Position numbers and translations under genes: made by a program. DNA of 64,000 nt from Azonexus sp. GTDB lineage: Bacteria; Pseudomonadota; Gammaproteobacteria; Burkholderiales; Rhodocyclaceae. The notes below the pieces were generated by a model. The model was not told the DNA's origin, ran no database searches, and saw only the letters and a list, made by a program, of their open reading frames with translations. The stretch spans positions 8,908 through 72,907 of the forward strand of contig JAUYEI010000014.1 in the NCBI GenBank assembly GCA_030691385.1. The letters are read 5' to 3'. Below are positions 48,285 to 61,418 of the stretch, one piece after another (the stretch's first letter is position 1; each line of letters opens with the position of its first letter).

Positions 48285-49693
48285 TGGCCGGCGCCCACGT
48301 ACTGGTCGTCGACGACGACGACGATATTCTCAAGCTGCTGACCATGCGCCTGCGCGCCAAGGGTTTCCGCATCACCGCTGTCGGTTCGGCCGAGCAGGCG
48401 CTGGCCCAGATCGCCGTCGATCCGCCGCGCGTCGTCGTCAGCGACGTTCGCCTGCCCGGGCTGGACGGCCTGGCGCTGTTCGAGGAAATCCGCCGGACCC
48501 GGCCAACGCTGCCGGTCATCCTGCTCACCGCCCACGGCAATATCCCCGATGCCGTCGCTGCCACCTCGCGCGGCGTTTTCGGCTACCTGACCAAACCCTT
48601 CGACAGCCAGATCCTGCTCGAAAAGATCGACCGTGCCCTGCAACTCTCGGCGCCGACCTCGCACCCAGGTGACGAGCCACGCGCGGCCGGGAAGGGCGAC
48701 GACGCCTGGATGGAAGGTGTCATCTTCCGCAGTAGCCGGATGGCCGAACTGATGGCCGAGGCGCGCATGGTCGCCGCCTCCGATGCCAGCGTGCTGATCC
48801 GCGGCGAAAGCGGCAGCGGCAAGGAAGTCCTGGCCCGCGCCATCCACCGCGCCAGTCCGCGCGCCAAGGGGCCATTCGTCGCCATCAACTGCGGTGCCAT
48901 TCCCGAACAACTGCTTGAATCCGAACTCTTCGGCCACGCCAAAGGCGCCTTCACCGGTGCCGGTGCCAGTCGTGTCGGCCTGTTCCAGACGGCCAATGGC
49001 GGCACGCTCTTCCTCGACGAAATCGGCGACATGCCGCTCGCCCTGCAGGTCAAGCTGCTGCGCGTGCTGCAGGAACGCGTCGTGCGCCCGGTCGGCACGA
49101 CCAAGGCCGAGCCGGTCGATGTCCGTCTGCTCTCGGCGACCCACCGCGACCTTGATCTTGCGATGGCCCAGGGCCAATTCCGCGAAGACCTCTATTACCG
49201 TCTCGACGTCGTGTCGCTGACCCTGCCCCGCCTCGACGAGCGGCGCGAAGACATCCCGCTGCTCGCCCTGCATTTCGTCCAGCTCCTCGCCGGAAAATAC
49301 GGCAAACCGGTCAACGGCTTCGCCCCCGAAGCGCTGGAGGCGCTGGCCACGGCCGCCTGGCCGGGCAACGTCCGGCAACTGTTCAACGTCGTCGAGCAAA
49401 GCTGCGCGCTGACCTCCACGCCGCTCATCCCGCTGACCCTCGTCCAGCGCGCCCTGCGCGTGCCGGTCATGGACGCCCTCAATTACGCCGAAGCCAAGCA
49501 ACGCTTCGAGCGCAACTACCTCGTCCAGCTTCTCAAACTGACCGACGGCAATGTCGCTGATGCCGCGCGCCTGGCCGAACGCAACCGGACCGAGTTCTAC
49601 CGCCTGTTGCAGAAACACGACCTGACGCCAGCCATGTTCCGCAGCGAAGGCGATAGCCCGCCGTCAGGCGGAGACAAGCCGGGGCCTGCCTAG
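48284..49693 (+). CDS. glrR: sigma54-dependent response regulator GlrR/QseF-like
   Basis: Receiver, GESGSGKE, ESELFGHAKGAFTGA, DEIGDMP, WPGNVRQL, and C-terminal AARLAERNRTEFYRLL, characteristic of GlrR. Confidence 0.85.
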   Translation: MAGAHVLVVDDDDDILKLLTMRLRAKGFRITAVGSAEQALAQIAVDPPRVVVSDVRLPGLDGLALFEEIRRTRPTLPVILLTAHGNIPDAVAATSRGVFGYLTKPFDSQILLEKIDRALQLSAPTSHPGDEPRAAGKGDDAWMEGVIFRSSRMAELMAEARMVAASDASVLIRGESGSGKEVLARAIHRASPRAKGPFVAINCGAIPEQLLESELFGHAKGAFTGAGASRVGLFQTANGGTLFLDEIGDMPLALQVKLLRVLQERVVRPVGTTKAEPVDVRLLSATHRDLDLAMAQGQFREDLYYRLDVVSLTLPRLDERREDIPLLALHFVQLLAGKYGKPVNGFAPEALEALATAAWPGNVRQLFNVVEQSCALTSTPLIPLTLVQRALRVPVMDALNYAEAKQRFERNYLVQLLKLTDGNVADAARLAERNRTEFYRLLQKHDLTPAMFRSEGDSPPSGGDKPGPA

Positions 49694-49702
49694 CGAAACA
49701 GC

Positions 49703-49731
49703 GCCGTCATTCCCGACTGCGCGGGATGACG
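49703..49731 (+). terminator. Hairpin downstream of glrR (terminator or REP-like)
   Basis: CCGTCATTCCCG-actgcg-CGGGATGACGG. Confidence 0.45.
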
Positions 49732-49766
49732 GTTTCCCGGGGATTTCTCCCCGCGGCAAAAACAGC

Positions 49767-49864
49767 TGTCGTTACCGCACGACGGAATACCCGTCGTTGA
49801 AAACGCAAGACTGATTTAATTCGTTGATTTAAAACAAAAATAAATAGCTGGCACGGACTTCGCA
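49767..49864 (+). promoter_or_regulatory. GlrR-type site + IHF site + sigma54 promoter of the BON gene
   Basis: TGTCGTTACCGCACGACG (49767-49784); IHF on the minus strand AATCAACGAATTA (49817-49829); TGGCACGGACTTCGCA (49849-49864). Confidence 0.72.
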
Positions 49865-49901
49865 ATAGGCTGATGGCAATCAACAATAAAAGGGAATAGC
49901 C

Positions 49902-50243
49902 ATGTTCAAACGTCACCTCATGGTCGCCAGCATCACCGCTGCAGCCACCTTTGCCGGCCTCGGCCTTGCCGCCTTCGCCACCGACGATCCGCAACTGCTC
50001 GCCGCGATGGTGGCCAACAACGAAGCTCAGGACGCGGCCCTCATCGACAAGGTCGAAACCCTGCTGCGCACCGACATCGGTCTGGCCGGTTCGCAGTTCC
50101 GTGTCCTTGCCAAATCAGCCGTCGTTACCGTTGGCGGCTCGGTGCCCGACGAACATGCGCTGCGCCGGGCGATCGACCTCGCCAGTGGTGTTCGCGGCGT
50201 GCGTGAAGTGCGCAACGCCATGGAGGTCGATGTCCCAAAGTAA
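49902..50243 (+). CDS. Secreted single BON-domain protein
   Basis: Signal peptide, DAALIDKVETLL..., VVTVGGSVP, ASGVRGVREVRNAM. AGGG RBS. Confidence 0.85.
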   Translation: MFKRHLMVASITAAATFAGLGLAAFATDDPQLLAAMVANNEAQDAALIDKVETLLRTDIGLAGSQFRVLAKSAVVTVGGSVPDEHALRRAIDLASGVRGVREVRNAMEVDVPK

Positions 50244-50279
50244 GGGGAGGGGGCGATTCCGGCTTCCCGAAAGCGCTTT

Positions 50280-50546
50280 TCAGTCTGATTCCAGAGTCAC
50301 CAGTAGCGCGCCTTCGGCGACTGTATCGCCCTCTGTAACGTGGATTTGAACCACCCGGCCCGCGTGCGGGCTGGGAATATCCAGCGCCACCTTGCCGGTT
50401 TCCAGCGTCAGAATGTTGTCGTCGCGCTCCACCCTGTCGCCAACCGCCACCAGCAATTCGAGAATGAATACATCGCCGCTCGCGCACGAACCGCAACTCG
50501 ACCAGCACTCGGGGTACATCGGCATGCGAACGAAGGAGAAAGACAT
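50280..50546 (-). CDS. Stand-alone lipoyl/biotinyl carrier domain with Cys-rich insert
   Basis: VAVGDRV...LTLETGKVALDIPSPHAGRV..IHV.EGDTV.EG aligns to E2 lipoyl domains. N-terminal ECWSSCGSC. Confidence 0.75.
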   Translation of the reverse strand: MSFSFVRMPMYPECWSSCGSCASGDVFILELLVAVGDRVERDDNILTLETGKVALDIPSPHAGRVVQIHVTEGDTVAEGALLVTLESD

Positions 50547-50567
50547 CAGCTTTTTTCGGCGGAAACC

Positions 50568-50602
50568 TTGCATTCTACGCCAGCGCCCGTATAATGCGCC
50601 GC
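50568..50602 (+). promoter_or_regulatory. sigma70 stable-RNA promoter for the tRNA pair
   Basis: TTGCAT-16 nt-TATAAT followed by GC-rich discriminator GCGCCGC. Confidence 0.75.
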
Positions 50603-50611
50603 TCTGACAGT

Positions 50612-50688
50612 GCGCCCGTAGCTCAGCTGGATAGAGTACTTGGCTACGAACCAAGGGGTCGGGCGTTCGAATCGCTCCGGGCGCACCA
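50612..50688 (+). tRNA. tRNA-Arg(ACG)
   Basis: 77 nt, acceptor GCGCCCG/CGGGCGC, anticodon loop CT-ACG-AA, T-loop TTCGAAT, encoded CCA. Confidence 0.97.
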
Positions 50689-50750
50689 GCAGAACAACCC
50701 GCCGAAGCTTGAAAAACCGGCAGCAGTAGAAGATAAAGCAGTTTAGGTGT

Positions 50751-50827
50751 GCGCCCGTAGCTCAGCTGGATAGAGTACTTGGCTACGAACCAAGGGGTCG
50801 GGCGTTCGAATCGCTCCGGGCGCACCA
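50751..50827 (+). tRNA. tRNA-Arg(ACG), identical second copy
   Basis: Identical 77-nt sequence. Confidence 0.97.
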
Positions 50828-50837
50828 AAAATTCATG

Positions 50838-50864
50838 AAAAAGCCACCTTCGGGTGGCTTTTTT
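50838..50864 (+). terminator. Intrinsic terminator of the tRNA operon
   Basis: AAAAAGCCACC-ttcg-GGTGGCTTTTTT. Confidence 0.88.
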
Positions 50865-50973
50865 GTTTTGGTGCGCAGTTTCAAGGTTAAATGCGGAAAA
50901 GTTAGAGTTTTCTTGTCTTTCGATGGTACGGATGCTAACTTTTACGTGTCTGAAACACGCGAAAGTTATAAAA

Positions 50974-52818
50974 GTGCCCCTTCACCTCGTCGGCGAGACC
51001 ATCGACAAGACCCGCAGCCACTACCTGGCAGAGACGGGCAAGCTCGTCCAGTTGATGCGGGGCATCTATGTCGATGCCACTGATGACATCGACCAGACCG
51101 TCCTTGCTCATGCCGTGCGCATCGCACGCTACCTCTATCCGAATGCTTACCTGTCGGCCGCGAGCGCAGTTCTGCTGGGGCCGACCCGCGATGGCTGCCT
51201 CTACCTGACGGGCCAACGCGGCCAGCGCACCCGGATCAGAGCACTAGAGATCGTTCAGAACAAGGCACCCGGGAAAGCCTCTCTCGCGCCCGCCGTTGTT
51301 GCCGACAGCATGGGCGAGTTTTCCGTCAATGTGTCCTCGATCCGCCAACGCTTTCTCGAAGCCTTTCGCCTGCGCAGCGAACATGCTGCGTCCATCGATT
51401 CATCGACACGCGAGGCCATCGCTGCCCGCCTTGTCGAGGAGTACGGAAGCCCCAAGGCCGCCAGCGATGCCGTATGGGCGCTCGCCCGGGAGAACGACTG
51501 GTACCGCGAGGGCGAGGGGGCCGAGAAGTTCTTGCTGCGCCATCCTTCGACAGCGCCAGCCCGTAATGAGGCCGCGTTCGACCTGACGGTCGCGTGGCAT
51601 GGGGTGCCGATTGGCAACCTCGTTCATGACGGCTTCGAATGGCGGTGGTCCCAGACAGACACCGGTACGCCCATGCCGCCCGTTATTCGCCAGACGGTAC
51701 CGGGAAAGCTGCCGCCCTTCATCGTCTCGTTGCTGCCCGAGGGGTGGCTCGAAGCAGTCCTCAAGGGTCGCGATGAGCGGGCCGTGTTGCGCTCGGGCAC
51801 GCGCTACATGTCCAACATCACCATTGCCGAGAACAGGAGCGAGCTTGCTGCTCTGCCGCTCGATGTGCTCACGACACGCCTTGCCGAGCATGCGGCGGCA
51901 GGCGTGTTCACCGGCACCTATGCCGGGCCAGGCCGCAGCGCGATGGAGCAGGACTTCGAGCGCAACCTCGCTCTGATTTACGCGCACGCCGACACGCCGC
52001 GTCTGTCCGGCGTACAGATCAAGGCTCCTATGACGCTGGGGCCGGATGGCAAGTTGTCGGCCAGCATCGGCACACCATTCACGCAAATCCTGAAACCCGC
52101 AGGGACTGGCGGCTTCGAGGCTTTGCCGCTGGTCGAGTGGCTCGGCCTCGCGCTGGCAAGGGAGGCCGGGTTCACGGTTCCCGCAGCGGCCCTGATCGCG
52201 ATGCCTGATGGCATGCCTCCGGCGCTCCTGGTCGAGCGGTTCGATATTCGCACGGGAGCCGATGACCACCGCCTGCTGGCGATGGAAGACTTTTGCTCAG
52301 TGCTCGACTTGGCCCCGGATGCTAAGTACGACGGCACCATTGAACGCGTGGCGCGTGCCTTGAAAGCGCTGTCCTCATCACCCGATGAAGACCTTCTGAT
52401 TCTCGTGAAGCGCGCCTTGTTTGGCTGGCTTATCGCCGATGGCGACATGCATCTCAAGAACATGGCGGTTCTGAAAATCGCCGGATCCGGCGATCCGGCC
52501 TTCCGCAGCGTTCGGCTTGCCCCGGTCTACGACACCTTAACGACACGGGTCTTTCCCCGCTTTGAACATGACCGCATGGCGCTCAAGCTCAACGGCAAGG
52601 ACGAACGGCTCAAGCGTGCCGACTTCCTAGGGGTTTCCGCGATAGCCGGACTTCGGGCTTCGGACACGAATGCCGCGATCGATGACGTTCTGCAACGGAT
52701 GCAGGCTGCCGTTGCCGCGATTACCTTGCCCAAGCTCCCCGACTACGGGCCATCTGGTGAGGCTACTGTGAATCGAACGCTTGAGATATGTGAGGAGCGG
52801 ATTGTCTCGTTCGCGTGA
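50974..52818 (+). CDS. HipA-family kinase fused to an N-terminal AbiEi-like domain; start approximate
   Basis: N-terminus GKLVQLMRGIYV and YLSAASA (AbiEi-like). Middle LTVAWHGVPIGNL, PPFIVSLLPEGW (HipA N-domain). C-terminus LSGVQIK, ILKP, LLVERFD, MEDF, DGDMHLKN, LAPVYD. Confidence 0.82.
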   Translation: MPLHLVGETIDKTRSHYLAETGKLVQLMRGIYVDATDDIDQTVLAHAVRIARYLYPNAYLSAASAVLLGPTRDGCLYLTGQRGQRTRIRALEIVQNKAPGKASLAPAVVADSMGEFSVNVSSIRQRFLEAFRLRSEHAASIDSSTREAIAARLVEEYGSPKAASDAVWALARENDWYREGEGAEKFLLRHPSTAPARNEAAFDLTVAWHGVPIGNLVHDGFEWRWSQTDTGTPMPPVIRQTVPGKLPPFIVSLLPEGWLEAVLKGRDERAVLRSGTRYMSNITIAENRSELAALPLDVLTTRLAEHAAAGVFTGTYAGPGRSAMEQDFERNLALIYAHADTPRLSGVQIKAPMTLGPDGKLSASIGTPFTQILKPAGTGGFEALPLVEWLGLALAREAGFTVPAAALIAMPDGMPPALLVERFDIRTGADDHRLLAMEDFCSVLDLAPDAKYDGTIERVARALKALSSSPDEDLLILVKRALFGWLIADGDMHLKNMAVLKIAGSGDPAFRSVRLAPVYDTLTTRVFPRFEHDRMALKLNGKDERLKRADFLGVSAIAGLRASDTNAAIDDVLQRMQAAVAAITLPKLPDYGPSGEATVNRTLEICEERIVSFA

Positions 52819-52828
52819 GCAGGAGGGA

Positions 52829-53170
52829 CTAGAAATCGTTGTCCAAGCTGCGATCAGGCCGCGCGCGGGCGCGTTCGCGGGACAAGGCGAGGGCTTGGCC
52901 TTCCTCGTCTTTTTCCGGTGCGGCAACGTTGTCCATGTGGCCCAGGAGATCGAGCGCCCACAGCATCGCCGCATAGACAGCCATCCCCGTCGAGGCCTTG
53001 CCGTGTTCGGCATCGGCAACCGCACGAACCCCCGTGCCGATCTTCTCCGCTATATCTTCGATGGTGAGGTTTCGGCGCAGGCGTGCCGTGCGGAGGTTCG
53101 CGCCCAGGCGCTTGAGCGTCTGTTCGACGGGATAAGGCGGCGCAGCCAGCAGCTTGTTCCGGGCAGTCAT
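52829..53170 (-). CDS. XRE-family HTH protein (HipB-like), convergent with the HipA fusion
   Basis: LGANLRTARLRRNLTIEDIAEKIG.....VADAEHGK HTH_3 pattern. Confidence 0.85.
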   Translation of the reverse strand: MTARNKLLAAPPYPVEQTLKRLGANLRTARLRRNLTIEDIAEKIGTGVRAVADAEHGKASTGMAVYAAMLWALDLLGHMDNVAAPEKDEEGQALALSRERARARPDRSLDNDF

Positions 53171-53417
53171 GGTTCACCGATGAAAAATTGGCACGTCTCC
53201 AACAGATACCATGCTTGGCGGGCAATGACCCGACATAAACGCTCTCACGAGCATTCTAATGGAGATAAGACGCTCTTAAGAGCCCTTGCGTGCTAAAATT
53301 CAGTCGCAGGCAGCACTGGCCGGTTGCCAAGGGCGACAAAGAGACTGATGTGGAACGAGCTATGAGCACATTGGGGAATGCGTACATAGCTGTGTACATA
53401 ACGGGGAAAGAGTTCTG

Positions 53418-54998
<1,581 letters not shown>

Positions 54999-55057
54999 GG
55001 GAGTTGTTAGTCGTAGGTTTTGGTTGTTAGCAGACAGGCAAGCAGGTGGAGGGCAGG

Positions 55058-55510
55058 ATGACGGTACGGGTGCAGGAAGCGGATTTTGACGTTGGGGCCG
55101 AACTGGCCGCCTTGCGCGCCGGCGACGCCCGGGTTGGCGCGCTGGCCAGCTTTCTCGGTCTGGTTCGTGACATGAACCACGGCACCAGCATCTCGGAAAT
55201 GACACTGGAACACTATCCCGGCATGACCGAAAAGGCGCTCGAAGAAATCGTCGCCGAAGCCAAAGGCCGCTGGGATATCTACGATGCGCTGGTCATCCAT
55301 CGCGTCGGCCCGCTCAAGCCCTGCGACCAGATCGTGCTCGTCGCCGTGACCAGCGCCCACCGCGGCGAAGCCTTTGCCGCCTGCGAATTCATCATGGATT
55401 ACCTGAAGACCCGCGCCCCGTTCTGGAAGCGCGAAGCGACGCCGGAGGGCGCCCGCTGGGTCGATGCCCGCGATGCCGACGACAGCGCGGCGGCGCGCTG
55501 GCAGAAATAA
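55058..55510 (+). CDS. moaE: Molybdopterin synthase catalytic subunit
   Basis: LEHYPGMTEK, IHRVG, SAHRGEAF.ACEFIMDYLKTRAPFWKRE. Confidence 0.93.
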   Translation: MTVRVQEADFDVGAELAALRAGDARVGALASFLGLVRDMNHGTSISEMTLEHYPGMTEKALEEIVAEAKGRWDIYDALVIHRVGPLKPCDQIVLVAVTSAHRGEAFAACEFIMDYLKTRAPFWKREATPEGARWVDARDADDSAAARWQK

Positions 55511-55552
55511 AAAAGGGGAGCGAAGGCTCCCCGGAGAAATCCAGACCACCAA

Positions 55553-57187
55553 TCAGGTTTTGAACTTCGCTACTGTCTGATGCAACGCGTTCGACAACGC
55601 CTGTAACTGGCGAGCGGCATCGGCCGTATGGTGAACGGCGACAGCGCTTTCTTCAGACATCTGGGCAATCGTTTCCAGTTTTTGGGCGATTTCGTTGCTG
55701 GCCATGCTCTGTTCCGAAATCGAATCGGAAATGCCGTTGACCACAACAGTGACGCGCATGGCGCCATCGCGAATCCGGTTGATCGAGTCACCGGCCTGAT
55801 TGGCCAGTTCGACGCCATTGCCAACCTGGCGGACGCCATCCTGCATGCTGCTCACCGCACTGCGTGTGCCATTCTGGATCTTGGCCACCATTTCGCCGAT
55901 TTCCTTGGTCGAGTTCGCGGTGCGCTCGGCCAGCTTGCGCACTTCGTCGGCGACCACGGCAAAGCCGCGACCCTGTTCGCCGGCGCGGGCGGCCTCGATG
56001 GCGGCATTGAGCGCCAGCAGGTTGGTCTGATCGGCAATTTCCTTGATGGTATTGACGATGGAAGTGATCTGGTCAGACTGGTGTCCGAGGTCTTCGATGA
56101 TCTCCGACGATGCCTGAACCGCCTGGGAAATCTTGCGCATTTCGCTTGCAGCATTGTGGATGACGGCTGCCCCATCTTCGGAGATTTCACCGGCTGTTTG
56201 CGAAATGCTGTGCGCTTCACTGGCATTTTCCTTGACCTGATCGATGCTGACCGCCATCTCCTCGACCGAGGCGGCCATTGATGAGGCTGCATCGCTCTGC
56301 TGGCTGGCCCGTACGGCGACTTGTTCGGAGGCGCTGAGCAACTGGTCGGCTGCACAGGCGACTTGTTCGGCGTTGGCGACGATGCTGGCGATCATGGTGC
56401 GCAGGGTTTCCTGCATGATGCGGATGTTGGCGAGCAGGCTGTCCTTGTCGTCCGGGCGGCAGTCGACCGGCGTTGCCAGATCACCGGCCGCGATGCGCTT
56501 GGTGATGGCCGAGGCGATTGCCGGGTCGCCGCCCAGGGTTTTGATGATGTTGTTCGACAGCAGCAGCAGCGAGATGGCGATGAAACCGGCGATGCCCAGA
56601 CCCCAGAGCAGAAGCTTGACGGCATCGCTATGAAACTTGGCGTTGACGTCGTCTACGTAGATCCCGGAACCGAGTACCCAGCCCCATGGCTCGAAACCCA
56701 TGACGAAGGAAATTTTTGGCACGCCTTCCTCTGAACCCGGTTTCGGCCAGAGGTAATCGACAAAGCCAGCGCCTTTGGTCTTGACCGTGTTGTTGAATTC
56801 GACGAACAGCAGCTTGCCGTTCTTGTCCTTGATCTGGTCGAGTTTCTTTCCCTCAAGTTCAGGCTTGATCGGGTGCATGACCATGATGTCCTGCAGGTCG
56901 TTGATCCAGAAATACTCGATCTTGTCGTAGCGCAGGGTACGAATTGCCGCAGCAGAGGATTTTTTGGCGTCTTCAACGGACATTTGCCCGTCGCGGGCCA
57001 GTTTTTCGTAGAAGGTCAGAATGCCATGCGTTGATTCAACCAGATTGCGCACCTTGGCTTGGCGATCTTCGAGCATCTGGCTCTTGCCATTGATCAGCAG
57101 CGCCGAGAAGAGGGCGGCCAGCGCGATGACCGTTATGGCCGTCATGGCGAGCAGTTTGCCCCGTAGTGTCATTCCCTGATTGGACAT
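55553..57187 (-). CDS. Methyl-accepting chemotaxis protein (Cache-HAMP-MCP)
   Basis: YFWINDL..MVMHP and YLWPKPG Cache_2 motifs; [34 protein letters not shown]. Confidence 0.95.
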   Translation of the reverse strand: MSNQGMTLRGKLLAMTAITVIALAALFSALLINGKSQMLEDRQAKVRNLVESTHGILTFYEKLARDGQMSVEDAKKSSAAAIRTLRYDKIEYFWINDLQDIMVMHPIKPELEGKKLDQIKDKNGKLLFVEFNNTVKTKGAGFVDYLWPKPGSEEGVPKISFVMGFEPWGWVLGSGIYVDDVNAKFHSDAVKLLLWGLGIAGFIAISLLLLSNNIIKTLGGDPAIASAITKRIAAGDLATPVDCRPDDKDSLLANIRIMQETLRTMIASIVANAEQVACAADQLLSASEQVAVRASQQSDAASSMAASVEEMAVSIDQVKENASEAHSISQTAGEISEDGAAVIHNAASEMRKISQAVQASSEIIEDLGHQSDQITSIVNTIKEIADQTNLLALNAAIEAARAGEQGRGFAVVADEVRKLAERTANSTKEIGEMVAKIQNGTRSAVSSMQDGVRQVGNGVELANQAGDSINRIRDGAMRVTVVVNGISDSISEQSMASNEIAQKLETIAQMSEESAVAVHHTADAARQLQALSNALHQTVAKFKT

Positions 57188-57313
57188 CTCTCTATCCCTT
57201 CGCGCTTCTTGATTTGACTAAAGTTTCAAATTTGATACTCGAAATTTAGCACAATACCATTATGTAATGGGGTTTTTAGAAGTCGGTCAGGTGGTAAACC
57301 CTGATGGCTGCGG

Positions 57314-57341
57314 GTTGAAATTTCCTGATCAGTCCTCATCT
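57314..57341 (+). promoter_or_regulatory. sigma32 (RpoH) promoter of clpB
   Basis: GTTGAAA-13 nt-CCTCATCT versus consensus CTTGAAA-N13/17-CCCCATNT. Confidence 0.65.
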
Positions 57342-57377
57342 GTCCGGTAACAGAAAATCCTCACCGGGAGAATTGAA

Positions 57378-59955
<2,578 letters not shown>

Positions 59956-59966
<11 letters not shown>

Positions 59967-60738
59967 GGCTTACGCCGACTGGCGGCAGGCTCGCCACAAC
60001 GAGCTTGCCGCCGCCGACAGTTGGCTCGGGATGGTCGGGCTGTTCTGGCTGGAGCCGGGGCGTAACAGCGTCGGTAGCGCTGCCGGATCGGTCGTCCGCC
60101 TGCCCGGCGGGCCGGCGCATCTTGGCGATCTGCTGCGGCAGGACGGGCGGGTGATCTGGCAGCCGGTGGCAGGCGAAGCGCGCGAATTGCAGACCGATAT
60201 CGCCGGCCAGCCGAGCGTGGTCGAATTTCAAAATTGGGCGTTTTTTCCGGTTGACCGTGAGAGTCGGATTGCGGCCCGGGTGCGCGACCGCGACTGGGCG
60301 GCAAGCCAGCCATTTGCCGGGCTGGACTATTTCGACTTCGATCCGGCCTGGCAGATCGAGGCCGAGTGGCAGGCGCTGTCGCCGCCGGTCCGGATGGAAG
60401 TGCCGAATGTCAGTGGCGATCTCAAAATTGTCGAGGTCAGCCATCAGGCCGTGTTTGAAGTGGCCGGCGAGACGGTGACGCTGCTGCCGATGGCGGTCAG
60501 TGACAAGGAAGTGTTCTTCGTCTTCCGGGATCGGACGAGTGGCAAGGAAAGCTACGGCGCCGGCCGCTTCCTGAAAGCCATTCCGACGGTCAACGGGAAA
60601 ATTTGCCTGAATTTCAATTGTGCCTACAACCCGCCCTGCGCCTTCACATCCTTCGCCACCTGCCCGCTGCCGCCGCCGGAAAACTGGCTGCCGTTTCCGG
60701 TGGCGGCCGGTGAAAAGAGGTGGGTCAAGCTGGCCTGA
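59956..60738 (+). CDS. DUF1684 domain protein
   Basis: [55 protein letters not shown] start overlapping the clpB stop. Confidence 0.85.
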
Positions 60739-60758
60739 CCGGCGATTGCCTGGGCCGA

Positions 60759-61418
60759 TTACAGTTCGGCCAGCCCGTTGCGGATGGCGTAGCGAACCAG
60801 GCTGGGAATGTCCTGCAGCCCCAGCTTGTGCATCATCTGAGTCCGATAGGTTTCCACCGTTTTGATGCTGATATCCAGGGCAAAGGCAATTTCCTTGGTG
60901 CGCATCCCATCCACCGTCATTTTCAGCACGGTGGACTGGCGAGCGGTCAGTTCGTGCGATTTGCGCACTTGATCGAGATAGAGATTCAGCATCTGCTGGG
61001 AGATCGATGGGGGAAGCCAGATCCCGCCGAGCAGAACCTTCCGGATGGCGAGCAGAAGCTCTTCGGGGGCGGATGTCTTGATGACATAGCCGTCGGCGCC
61101 AAGGCTCATGGCTGAATTGACGTGTTCCTGATCGGCATGCATTGACAGCATGATTACCTTGGTGGGGCTGCCTTGCTCGCGGATTCGGGCAAGGATCTGA
61201 TATCCCGTCACGCCCGGCATGGCGATATCGAGCAGGGCGATATCGGGTTTCGTGTCGGCAATGAGCTCAATGGCTTCTTCGCCCGATCCCGTGCTGCCGA
61301 CAATCTCGAATTCCGGATGGCCATTCAAGAGGGAAGCAAGCCCGGCGCGGACCAGATGATGATCGTCGGCCAGGAGAGTTCGGATGGGCGTCACGTTCGC
61401 GCTATTCGTGGCAGGCAT
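60759..61418 (-). CDS. NarL/LuxR-family response regulator
   Basis: LLADDHHLVRAG, LLDIAMPG, LSMH, TKEIA..L.IS.KTVETYR. Confidence 0.93.
   Translation of the reverse strand: MPATNSANVTPIRTLLADDHHLVRAGLASLLNGHPEFEIVGSTGSGEEAIELIADTKPDIALLDIAMPGVTGYQILARIREQGSPTKVIMLSMHADQEHVNSAMSLGADGYVIKTSAPEELLLAIRKVLLGGIWLPPSISQQMLNLYLDQVRKSHELTARQSTVLKMTVDGMRTKEIAFALDISIKTVETYRTQMMHKLGLQDIPSLVRYAIRNGLAEL

Noticed and set aside
50612-50827. Duplicated tRNA as attL/attR of an integrated element
   Set aside because: Both copies are full length, 62 bp apart, under one promoter and terminator. No tRNA 3' fragment was seen at the far side of the islet.
50547-50828. N-terminal extension of ORF 50280..50828
   Set aside because: Reads antisense through both tRNA-Arg genes. 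Only the lipoyl domain portion is credible.
53188-53204. sigma54-like TGGCAC upstream of the XRE gene
   Set aside because: No GC at the -12 position, and it faces away from the XRE gene.
57246-57272. CIRCE (HrcA) element upstream of clpB
   Set aside because: Only TTAGCAC of one half-site is present. No GAGTGCTAA at 9-nt spacing.
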